Below are positions 26,935 through 35,163 of a stretch of 35,163 nt of DNA, in pieces (positions within the stretch are counted from its first letter, which is position 1; each line of letters begins with the position of its first letter). The notes under the pieces are model-generated. The model had not been told where the DNA came from. It searched no databases and saw nothing but the letters and a program-made list of their open reading frames with translations. A program made the translations under genes and the position numbers. Source of the stretch: Candidatus Nomurabacteria bacterium RIFCSPHIGHO2_02_FULL_38_15 (lineage in GTDB: Bacteria; Patescibacteriota; Minisyncoccia; Phycocordibacterales; UBA9973); NCBI GenBank assembly GCA_001785575.1, contig MFUC01000006.1:1-35163 (forward strand). Direction: 5' to 3'.

Positions 26935-29649
26935 ATGATTCCATCATTTAACCAATTTACAACCAAAGCCAAAGAGACAATCAAAAGGGCTCATGAATTT
27001 GCGATTGAGCGCGGGCAAAATCATGTTAATTCAATGCATCTTTTAGCGGCCATCATGTTTCAGGAAGAAGGCATTGTTTTTTCAATGCTGGAGTCAATCA
27101 ATGTTGACGTTATGTTACTGTCTGATAATGTGGTTGATACTCTTGAGGAACCGACCAGTCAAAGTGTTTTGTCGCAATCGTATCAAATGTATTTGGCCCA
27201 AGACTTGGCCACAATATTGGAAACTTCGCCCGAGGTGGCCAAGTCAATCGGTGAGGAATTTGTTTCAACTGAACATTTATTTTTGACTATACTTGAGGTT
27301 GATTCGCCAGCTTTGGAATTATTAAAAAAGTTTTCAATAGACGCAAAACAAATTAGAAATTTTTTAGCTGAAAATAAAGACAATAAAGATTTAAATAAGA
27401 ATGTAGATAAAAAAAATCGCAACTTAAATAAATTTACGCGTAATTTAACTAATTTGGCGCGGGCCGACAAACTTGACCCAGTCATTGGTCGTGATAATGA
27501 AATTATGCGTGTAATGCAAATATTGTCACGGCGCACCAAAAATAATCCAATTTTAATTGGCGAGCCAGGTACTGGTAAAACCGCCATTGTTGAGGGCTTG
27601 GCTGTGAGGATTGCTAAAAATGACGTGCCTGAATCGCTAAAGGACAAAGAGGTTGTATCATTAGACATTGGCTTGTTACTAGCTGGTACAAAATACAGGG
27701 GTGAATTTGAGGATAGGTTACGTGGGATTATTAAAGAGGTTGAAAAATCTGAAGGCAAGATTATTTTATTCATTGATGAAATCCATACAATTGTTGGTGC
27801 AGGCGCCGCCGAGGGTAGTGTTGATATGGCCAATATGTTAAAACCGGCCCTGGCCCGGGGTGAATTAAAGGCCGTGGGTGCTACAACTTTAAAAGAGTAT
27901 CAAAAATATATTGAGCGTGACCCGGCCCTTGCACGACGTTTTCAGCCTGTGTATATTGATGAACCAAACATTGAAGATGCTGTGGCGATTTTGCGAGGCT
28001 TGAAGGACAAGTATGAATTATTCCATGGTGTGCGTATTACCGACGACGCAATTGTTTCAGCGGTTGAATTGTCGTCGCGCTATATCACTAGTAGATATTT
28101 GCCCGACAAGGCCGTGGATTTGATTGATGAGGCCTCATCAACTTTAAAAATGTCACTTGAAAATAAGCCGGCCGTTTTGGAGGAAGCCGAGCGCAAAATT
28201 ATGCGCTTAGAAATTGAGCGCCAAGCATTGAACAGTGATTTGAGTAAAGATATTGGTATTAGTAATTTGGATGCCAAGCAAACTAAAGACATAAAAGCCC
28301 GAATAAAAGAAATTGAAATAAGTATGGCCGATATTGGCGAAAAGACCAATGAAATTGGTATTCGTTGGAAGAACGAAAAAAGTATTCTTGTTGATATGCG
28401 CGCCATGAAAAAGGAATTAGAGCAATTAAAAATTGAGGCCGAGAACGCTGAAATGCAAAGCGACTTGAGCCTCGCCGCTGAAATTCGCTATGGCAAGATT
28501 CCAAATTTACAAAAAGAGATTGATCAAAAAATTGACAAATTGCGCAAACTGCAAAAAAGTCGCCGAATTTTAAAAGAGGAAATTAATGCCGAGGACATTG
28601 CCAATGTTGTGTCACGCTGGACTGGTATACCACTATCACGCATGCTTGAGGAAGAGCGCGCTAAATTGATGCGCATGGAGGCGGAGCTTGCTACACGAGT
28701 CAAAGGCCAAACTGAAGCGATTGAAAAAATCACCAGTGTTATTCGTCGTAACCGAGCCGGTATTTCAGACCCAAACAAACCAATTGGTTCATTTATATTC
28801 CTAGGCCCAACGGGTGTGGGTAAAACTGAATTAACCAAAACTTTAGCTGAGTTTTTATTTGATGACGAGAAGGCCTTAATACGAGTTGACATGAGCGAAT
28901 ACATGGATAGGCACAGCACTTCAAAACTAGTTGGTTCACCGCCTGGCTATGTTGGTTATGACGAAGCCGGCCAATTGACCGAAGCCGTACGTCACAGACC
29001 CTATTCAGTGGTTTTGTTTGACGAAATTGAAAAGGCTCATCCTGAAGTTTTCAACGTGCTTTTGCAAGTTTTAGATGAAGGTGTACTAACCGATTCAAAG
29101 GGGCGTAAAGTTAACTTTAAAAATACGGTCATTGTTTTGACTTCTAATATTGGTAGCGAGCATATTCAAAAAATGGAAAGCCTGGGCTTTTCAAACGGTG
29201 ATCAAGTTGGTGAGTATAATTTAACTAAAGAAAAAGTCATGGATTCGTTAAAAAATCACTTCAGGCCTGAGTTTTTAAATCGTTTGGACGAAGTTGTAGT
29301 TTTTGATGTTCTTTCACCTGGGGTTGTGCGCGAAATTGTTGACGTGCGTATTGCCGAGATCAGTGAAAGGCTTAAACAAAAAGGCATTAATTTAATTATC
29401 AGTGGCAACGCGGTTGATTTTATGGCACGTGCTGGTTACGACCCGGCCTATGGTGCACGACCATTAAACCGCCTAATTCAAACTAAAATTTTAAATCCAG
29501 TAGCCAACCACATAATTCGTGATGGCGTAAAGCCCGGCGAAAGTGTACTGGTAGATGTTGTGGACGGCCAGCTAGTTGTTGAAACTAAAAAGAAAAACAA
29601 AAAAACTATTTCAAATATTGCAACTAAAAGCCTAAAAGCTAGAAAGTAA
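26935..29649 (+). CDS. clpB: ATP-dependent chaperone ClpB
   Basis: Clp N domain, two AAA+ modules ([16 protein letters not shown]), long middle coiled coil with AAEIRYG. Confidence 0.93.
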   Translation: MIPSFNQFTTKAKETIKRAHEFAIERGQNHVNSMHLLAAIMFQEEGIVFSMLESINVDVMLLSDNVVDTLEEPTSQSVLSQSYQMYLAQDLATILETSPEVAKSIGEEFVSTEHLFLTILEVDSPALELLKKFSIDAKQIRNFLAENKDNKDLNKNVDKKNRNLNKFTRNLTNLARADKLDPVIGRDNEIMRVMQILSRRTKNNPILIGEPGTGKTAIVEGLAVRIAKNDVPESLKDKEVVSLDIGLLLAGTKYRGEFEDRLRGIIKEVEKSEGKIILFIDEIHTIVGAGAAEGSVDMANMLKPALARGELKAVGATTLKEYQKYIERDPALARRFQPVYIDEPNIEDAVAILRGLKDKYELFHGVRITDDAIVSAVELSSRYITSRYLPDKAVDLIDEASSTLKMSLENKPAVLEEAERKIMRLEIERQALNSDLSKDIGISNLDAKQTKDIKARIKEIEISMADIGEKTNEIGIRWKNEKSILVDMRAMKKELEQLKIEAENAEMQSDLSLAAEIRYGKIPNLQKEIDQKIDKLRKLQKSRRILKEEINAEDIANVVSRWTGIPLSRMLEEERAKLMRMEAELATRVKGQTEAIEKITSVIRRNRAGISDPNKPIGSFIFLGPTGVGKTELTKTLAEFLFDDEKALIRVDMSEYMDRHSTSKLVGSPPGYVGYDEAGQLTEAVRHRPYSVVLFDEIEKAHPEVFNVLLQVLDEGVLTDSKGRKVNFKNTVIVLTSNIGSEHIQKMESLGFSNGDQVGEYNLTKEKVMDSLKNHFRPEFLNRLDEVVVFDVLSPGVVREIVDVRIAEISERLKQKGINLIISGNAVDFMARAGYDPAYGARPLNRLIQTKILNPVANHIIRDGVKPGESVLVDVVDGQLVVETKKKNKKTISNIATKSLKARK

Positions 29650-29731
29650 AATATAAATAAACTCTTGAAAAGCACCACAAAACCTGCTATGATGCTTTTT
29701 GTACATGTGATTTAAGTATGGAATTTAATAA

Positions 29732-29814
29732 GCGTCGGTGGTGGAGTGGTCTATCACAACAGACTGTAAATCTGTCGCCTTCGGGCTTCGTTGGTTCGAA
29801 TCCAACCCGGCGCA
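29732..29814 (+). tRNA. tRNA-Tyr(GTA)
   Basis: GCGTCGG/CCGGCGC, ACAGA-CTGTAAA-TCTGT, variable arm GCC-TTCG-GGC. Confidence 0.95.
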
Positions 29815-29836
29815 CAAAATAAAAAACAAATAAAAA

Positions 29837-29873
29837 ACCTGCTTGAAAATTTTTCAAAAATTTTCAAGCAGGT
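29837..29873. repeat. Perfect 37-bp palindrome (18-bp arms), probable bidirectional terminator
   Basis: ACCTGCTTGAAAATTTTT-C-AAAAATTTTCAAGCAGGT. Confidence 0.85.
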
Positions 29874-30310
29874 AGGATTATTTCTATCTTTTTCCAAACA
29901 ACCTCGTCATCGTCACTGGCGTCTTCGTCTGGGTCTATAGGGATTTCTATTATCGAACCTTCTGTAGCAAGAATGACGGTGTAGGCGATATTTTTAGGAT
30001 GATAAATTGTTTTGACCCAGCCGTTCATGCGTTTGTAGGCTCTTCTTTTTAAAAGTATTAGCAACAAGTCCCGTTCTCCACTTTGTTGTGCAGTGAAAAA
30101 CAATGACCCGCCTACATCAATACAATTAGCGTCATAAATAAAATCTTTAATTACTTCAGGCTGGTCTTTTTTATACGTATAACCTCTGGCAAGTTGCAAG
30201 GGTCTAGTTTGAGTGTGGAGCTGAACAAATTGGTCACCCCCCGGTTCAGTCGCAATGCACTTAATCCCTCGGGTTATGGCACCCTTTTTATCAATTGTTA
30301 ATGTTTTCAT
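29864..30310 (-). CDS. Hypothetical protein (ORFan)
   Basis: Open frame with probable start MKTLT at 30310; acidic patch near the C-terminus. Confidence 0.6.
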   Translation of the reverse strand: MKTLTIDKKGAITRGIKCIATEPGGDQFVQLHTQTRPLQLARGYTYKKDQPEVIKDFIYDANCIDVGGSLFFTAQQSGERDLLLILLKRRAYKRMNGWVKTIYHPKNIAYTVILATEGSIIEIPIDPDEDASDDDEVVWKKIEIILPA

Positions 30311-30416
30311 AGTTAAAGCACGTTTATTTCTAAGCTGACTGTACAGCATTTATAAAATTTTGCAAGAGTTTAAAAGGGTTTGTTTATTTTGGGGTTTATG
30401 CTATATTAGACAGACT

Positions 30417-30578
30417 ATGGCATGGTATAAAGACAAATTGGTAAAACTAATGAATAAAGACACCAATGAGGTGCGTTTTGTTCGTAAAAATAAAAAACAA
30501 GTTCAACGCAAGCTGGAATTGAAAAAGTTCTCAAAAAAGCTTAAAAAACGTATTGTATTTAAAGAGGCTAAAAAATAA
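30417..30578 (+). CDS. rpmG: 50S ribosomal protein L33 (Cys-free)
   Basis: KNKKQVQRKLELKKFSKKLKKRIVFKEAK. Confidence 0.88.
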   Translation: MAWYKDKLVKLMNKDTNEVRFVRKNKKQVQRKLELKKFSKKLKKRIVFKEAKK

Positions 30579-30619
30579 CCCCACCCCCTGGCCCCCTCCC
30601 CATTAAAATGGAGAGGGGG
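30579..30619. repeat. C-rich REP-like repeat copy 2 (G-quadruplex motif on minus strand; hairpin may terminate rpmG)
   Basis: CCCCACCCCCTGGCCCCCTCCCC-attaaaat-GGAGAGGGGG. Confidence 0.7.
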
Positions 30620-30671
30620 TTTGGTTTTTTATTTCACTTTCGCCAATAAATTTGCTAGAATGATGGGTAAT

Positions 30672-30742
30672 GGGTCTATAGTTCAGTGGTAGAATTCTCG
30701 TCTCCAAAACGAGCGACCGAGGTTCAAATCCTCGTGGGCCCG
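30672..30742 (+). tRNA. tRNA-Trp(CCA)
   Basis: GGGTCTA/TGGGCCC, CTCGT-CTCCAAA-ACGAG, GGTTCAAATCC. Confidence 0.93.
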
Positions 30743-30761
30743 CAAAAATAAGGAGTGAAAA

Positions 30762-30839
30762 GACTTTTTATTTTTTGCTTGCCCTTTACAGGATCTTCGA
30801 GGTGACGTACTGCAAAGTACGGCCGAGCAAAATAGAGTC
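30762..30839 (+). other. Structured multibranch element downstream of tRNA-Trp
   Basis: Outer stem TTTTGCTTG/CGAGCAAAA enclosing CGTACT-GCAA-AGTACG. Confidence 0.45.
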
Positions 30840-30862
30840 AGAAATAACACAAGAATAATAAT

Positions 30863-31540
30863 ATGACTAAAAAAACAAAAAACAGAATAGCGATTTTTGA
30901 AAATAAAGAAATTCGTCGTCATTGGGATGATGAAAAAGAGGAATGGTATTTTTCTGTTGTTGATATTATTTTTGCATTAACAGGCAGTATTAATCCACAA
31001 GTTTATTGGCGTGTTTTAAAGAAACGCCTTATAGACGAAGGCTCAAATGAAACCGTTACAAAGTGTAACGAGTTGAAAATGATAGTCATAGATGGCAAAA
31101 TACGTATTACTGATGTAGCTGATACAAAAACAGTTCTTCGGCTTGTGCAGTCTATCCCTTCGCCAAAAGCTGAACCTTTCAAATTGTGGCTTGCAAGAGT
31201 TGGCTATGAAAGATTGGAGGAAACAGCCGATCCTGAAATAGGCATACACCGAGCATTGAAAACTAAAAATTTAAAAGGATTAAAAAAAGAAAGCTTACGA
31301 GACAATATGACCAATCTGGAACTTGTACTAAATATGCTTGCGGAAACAGCAACTAATGAAATACACAAAAAAGAAAATTCAAAAGGTATGGTAAAATTAA
31401 AATCTGATGCCAAGGCAGGAGGTAGTGTTGCAGGAGGAGCTCGTAAAAAACTTGAAAAGCGTCTCAAGCATCCCATAGTATCAAAATCGAATTTCTTGAA
31501 AAATAAAGAAAATGTAAAGAGTTTAAAAGGTAAAAAATAA
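30863..31540 (+). CDS. Bro-N domain protein, probably with an in-frame internal deletion
   Basis: Paralogue of 10844-11287; RALKT joins directly to KNLKGLKKESLRDNMTNLELVLNMLAE. Confidence 0.8.
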   Translation: MTKKTKNRIAIFENKEIRRHWDDEKEEWYFSVVDIIFALTGSINPQVYWRVLKKRLIDEGSNETVTKCNELKMIVIDGKIRITDVADTKTVLRLVQSIPSPKAEPFKLWLARVGYERLEETADPEIGIHRALKTKNLKGLKKESLRDNMTNLELVLNMLAETATNEIHKKENSKGMVKLKSDAKAGGSVAGGARKKLEKRLKHPIVSKSNFLKNKENVKSLKGKK

Positions 31541-31553
31541 GTTTATAAGCAAA

Positions 31554-34500
31554 ATGGCAAAATCAATAAACAAAATTTTAATACTCTCAGCCTTCCTTTT
31601 TCTTTTTTCCGCAAGTCATGCCTTTGCCGCGAATAGGTATTGGGTAGGGGGAACTGGTAACTGGAGTGACGATGATAACCATTGGTCTACAACGGATGGT
31701 GGTGCTCCAGGTGATGGTAATGTTCCGAGTGGTTCGGACAATGTAATTTTTAATACTAATTCAGGGTCTGCGGATTATACTGTAACTGTTACATCTGGAG
31801 CAACAAGTCTTAATTTAACAGCATCTGCTCCATCTTCAGGTAATTTGACAGTAAATGTTGCTAATACATTTACTGTGAATGGAAGTTTTACATTATATTC
31901 TGGTTTAGTACTTAGTAATGCTTCAACTATTTTGTTTTCTGGCTCTGGCACAACTAAGACGGTTACGATGGCAGGAACTACTTATGCAGGTCGCATGTTG
32001 TTTAACACAAGTGGAGCGAAATGGACTTTACAAGATACATTTTCAATTACAGATGATATTCAATTAACAGCAGGAACGCTGGATACTAACGGGCAAGCTG
32101 TTACAGCTAGAGCACTTTTTACATTTGGCTCAAGCACTAAAGTCCTTACATTTGGAGCTAGCGTAATCACTTTAACAGGATCCTCTGGTTTAGGAAATGT
32201 TGTTGACTTTTCTGGAGGCAATTTGACTGTTAATGCGAACACTTCAACAATTAAATTAACTGATTCTAGTACAAGTACAAAAACAATCGGTGGTAACGGA
32301 AAGACGTTTAATAAAATATGGATAGCTACAGGTAGCACTGGTTCGACAAACATAACTGGATCAAACACTTATGATGAAATTTATATTGATGGTAATGATA
32401 GGATTGTTAAATTTACCGCTGGAACAACTCAAACATTTACATCAGCGGGTCCTGGAATTACAACAAATGGAACTGGCATAACATTGGGTTCTATTACGTC
32501 TGCAACTCACACACTTACAAAGCCATCTGGTACTGTATCTATTTCAAATACAACACTTTCATATTCTGTTGCACAAGGTGGGGCACCTTGGAGAGCATAT
32601 ACTTCTAATACTAATGTTGATGGAGGAAATAATTCAGGTTGGTTTTTTACGCCATTTAGCATTTCAGGAACAGCCAATGGCAACAATGGAGCCACCGTAA
32701 AAGTTGCAATCAATGGCACAGTCCAAGCCCAAACGGGAACAATTGCAAGTTCTGCTTGGAGTATAGCAAGTGTGACTGAACCATCAGTCAACGACATCAT
32801 TACTGTATGGGTTGATGGTGCAACTGCTGGAGATGTTTCAGATGCCAATGAATCAACCGCTGTGACGAAATACAATGCTGGCGATGTGACTGGTATGGTC
32901 CTTAACACTGGAGTTTTGACCGTGGGTAGTAGTCAAAATACAAGTGTGTCCACGACAAATATGACTCAATATGAAAATAGTGATGACGAAGATGTGATGC
33001 ATAGTTCAACGAGTGGAGCATTAACTGTAGATGCTGGGGGTGTATATAGTGGAGAAACATTATCAATATTGGCAAGCAATACTTTAACCGTGGCTAGTGC
33101 ATCGACTGAAACTGTCACGACTGAGAAAATTACTAATGCCGGGACAATTACATCAACAGGTAGTCCGACATATACTTTAACAGGAACATCAGGAACTTTG
33201 TTTACAAATACAGGCACATTTACAGCGGACAGTTCAACTGTAACTATGAATCCTGATGGTGCAGTTACACTTACGTCAGGTAGTATCACATTTTATAATT
33301 TAACCTTAAATCCTACAATTACAAGTAGTCGGGTATATACTTTTGGTTCTAGTGCTTTGGCGATTAATGGAGATTTTAATATTAATCCAACAGCAGGATC
33401 AGCTCTTTCTTTGACTGTGAATGCAGGTGCAAATATTACTGTTGCAAGTGGCAAAACAACAACAATTTCAAGAGCAAATTCAGCTACATCAATCCTTGAT
33501 ATGCGTCCATCAGCATCTGATTATGATTTATCCACTGGTTTATTAAATGTAGCAACTGGTGGAACTCTTGATTTAACTTCTGTGGCGTCTGAAACTGCCC
33601 TGACTTTAACTGCAACATCTGGAACACTATTTACACTTGCTGGTACATTTACAATTACCAGTGGTACACCGACGGTTGTAATGTCAGGTAATGGTGATGC
33701 TACGATCAACTCAGGTGCGATCACATTTTATAATTTAACTTCTTCAGGTACAGGCACAAAAACCCTTGGAGCAGCTATCGAAGCTGGTGGAGCCCTGACT
33801 ATTTCAGCTGGAACTTTTGCTGGAAGCTCATACACCATTACACTTTCAGGTACTGGCACGGTATTTAATAACACGGCGACATATTCGGCAGGAACTTCAA
33901 CAATCAAATTTACAAATAATTCTTCTAGCGCTAAAACTTTTGCTGGTGGTGGTTCGACATTTAATAACTTTTGGTATGCACCTGGATCGGGTACTGGATC
34001 GTTAACAATTACAGGTTCTAACACTTTTGCTGATTTTAAAGATGATGGAACAGCTGCTCATTCAATATTGTTTACAACTGGAACGACTCAAACAGTTACG
34101 ACATTTACGGTTAATGGTACTGCCGGGAATTTAATTACAATCAACAGTACCGATACTGGTACCCATGCATTAGTAAAGTCTGGTGGTGGGACTATTACTT
34201 CAGATTATTTAAGCATTCAACACTCAGTTGCTACTCCAACTTCAACGTGGCTGGCCACCAACAGTACAAACAATCAAGCTGTTACAACTGCCGGCAGTGG
34301 TTGGTATTTTGGAGCTTTTAATGCCAATCCTGATACGCCAACATCTCTCGGTGCCACTGCCTACGTTAACGGCTCACTAGGCAATGACAATACCCCTACA
34401 CTTACTTTTACGCTAGCCGACAGTGACGTAGCCGATACTGTAAAATTCCAAATTCAAATTGATGACAGTTCAGATTTTGCTTCGGCTGTTGTGGACTATA

Positions 34501-35163
34501 CTTCTGCACTGGCCGCACAAGGTAGCGCCTCATTCACTGTTGGTCAAGCCGCTGGTTCGGGCACATATACTACCGGTTCCTCTGGTCAAACACTTAACGA
34601 CACAAGTTATTATTGGCGAGTCAAAGCCATAGATAATAGTGACGCTGCTTCAAGCTATGCTACGGCCAATTCTGGAAGTGTTGCATTTATTCTAGAAACT
34701 GTTGTGCCAACTATTACAAACGTCTCCTCTGACAAAACTAACGGTACATATACCACAGGTGAAGTCATTGATATAGATGTTACATTCTCTGAAGCTGTCA
34801 CTTCAACCGGTAATGTGACCGTAACTTTAGAAACTGGCACCACTGACCGAACTTGTACATTTACGGTCTCAGCCAGTACGACCGGTACATGTAACTATAC
34901 TGTCCAAGCCGGGGATACCACTTCTGACTTAACGGTCTCAACCATCTCAGGTACGATTGCTGATGCTGCCGGCAATGCCGTCTCTGACTTTGCCCCAGCT
35001 ACTAATTTAGCCGCTAACAAAGCTTTGGTCATTGACACCACGGCTCCGACTATTACAAACGTCTCTTCTTCTATCCCTTCTTCATCCACAACAACAGCCA
35101 CCATCACGTGGACTACCGACGAAGCCGCATCTTCGATTGTTGAATATGGCGAAACAACAAGCT
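31554..35163 (+). CDS. Large secreted Thr/Ser/Gly-rich surface protein or adhesin (3' truncated by window), with beta-helix-like repeats and Ig/FN3-like domains
   Basis: Not in the ORF track because no stop is reached; reads MAKSINKILILSAFLFLFSASHAFA-ANRYWVGGTGNWSD... and ends ...IDTTAPTITNVSS...ATITWTTDEAASSIVEYGETT. Confidence 0.9.
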   Translation, partial: MAKSINKILILSAFLFLFSASHAFAANRYWVGGTGNWSDDDNHWSTTDGGAPGDGNVPSGSDNVIFNTNSGSADYTVTVTSGATSLNLTASAPSSGNLTVNVANTFTVNGSFTLYSGLVLSNASTILFSGSGTTKTVTMAGTTYAGRMLFNTSGAKWTLQDTFSITDDIQLTAGTLDTNGQAVTARALFTFGSSTKVLTFGASVITLTGSSGLGNVVDFSGGNLTVNANTSTIKLTDSSTSTKTIGGNGKTFNKIWIATGSTGSTNITGSNTYDEIYIDGNDRIVKFTAGTTQTFTSAGPGITTNGTGITLGSITSATHTLTKPSGTVSISNTTLSYSVAQGGAPWRAYTSNTNVDGGNNSGWFFTPFSISGTANGNNGATVKVAINGTVQAQTGTIASSAWSIASVTEPSVNDIITVWVDGATAGDVSDANESTAVTKYNAGDVTGMVLNTGVLTVGSSQNTSVSTTNMTQYENSDDEDVMHSSTSGALTVDAGGVYSGETLSILASNTLTVASASTETVTTEKITNAGTITSTGSPTYTLTGTSGTLFTNTGTFTADSSTVTMNPDGAVTLTSGSITFYNLTLNPTITSSRVYTFGSSALAINGDFNINPTAGSALSLTVNAGANITVASGKTTTISRANSATSILDMRPSASDYDLSTGLLNVATGGTLDLTSVASETALTLTATSGTLFTLAGTFTITSGTPTVVMSGNGDATINSGAITFYNLTSSGTGTKTLGAAIEAGGALTISAGTFAGSSYTITLSGTGTVFNNTATYSAGTSTIKFTNNSSSAKTFAGGGSTFNNFWYAPGSGTGSLTITGSNTFADFKDDGTAAHSILFTTGTTQTVTTFTVNGTAGNLITINSTDTGTHALVKSGGGTITSDYLSIQHSVATPTSTWLATNSTNNQAVTTAGSGWYFGAFNANPDTPTSLGATAYVNGSLGNDNTPTLTFTLADSDVADTVKFQIQIDDSSDFASAVVDYTSALAAQGSASFTVGQAAGSGTYTTGSSGQTLNDTSYYWRVKAIDNSDAASSYATANSGSVAFILETVVPTITNVSSDKTNGTYTTGEVIDIDVTFSEAVTSTGNVTVTLETGTTDRTCTFTVSASTTGTCNYTVQAGDTTSDLTVSTISGTIADAAGNAVSDFAPATNLAANKALVIDTTAPTITNVSSSIPSSSTTTATITWTTDEAASSIVEYGETTS

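Noticed and set aside
32060..35107. Series of minus-strand V/P-rich ORFs in the ORF track
   Set aside because: Antisense shadows of the long plus-strand surface protein gene
1..35163. Alternative genetic code 25 (UGA = Gly)
   Set aside because: Housekeeping genes are full length under code 11, with no in-frame TGA interruptions

Overview
AT-rich, gene-dense chromosomal segment of a Candidate Phyla Radiation (Patescibacteria, probably Parcubacteria) bacterium using genetic code 11. The taxonomy is inferred from gene content, such as the short IF2, the VirB2-like pilin array and a free-standing LAGLIDADG gene among tRNAs. Housekeeping genes are secA (3' end), dnaE, rnhB, fmt, def, hisS, lepB, pth, rpsA, gyrA, rbfA, infB, an iscS-type desulfurase, clpB, rpmG and six tRNAs. 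Accessory content includes a lysozyme-fold cell-wall hydrolase, an orphan solute-binding protein followed by five tandem VirB2/T4SS-pilin-like genes, two Bro-N paralogues disrupted at the same point, an SPFH-like protein and several stand-alone ORFans. A >1200-aa secreted surface protein (31554 to window end) is missing from the ORF track. The most interesting signals are non-coding: (i) a family of short palindromes with a GG-N5-CC core, found both between genes and in-frame inside rnhB and fmt, two of which bracket a two-gene cassette at the Bro-N truncation point; (ii) about ten genes with a -10 box only 6-7 nt before the ATG, i.e. apparently leaderless mRNAs; (iii) structured candidate RNA leaders upstream of rpsA and the hydrolase, and a GNRA-capped structured element after tRNA-Trp; (iv) two copies of a G-quadruplex-capable repeat. 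All calls were made by eye, without database searches.
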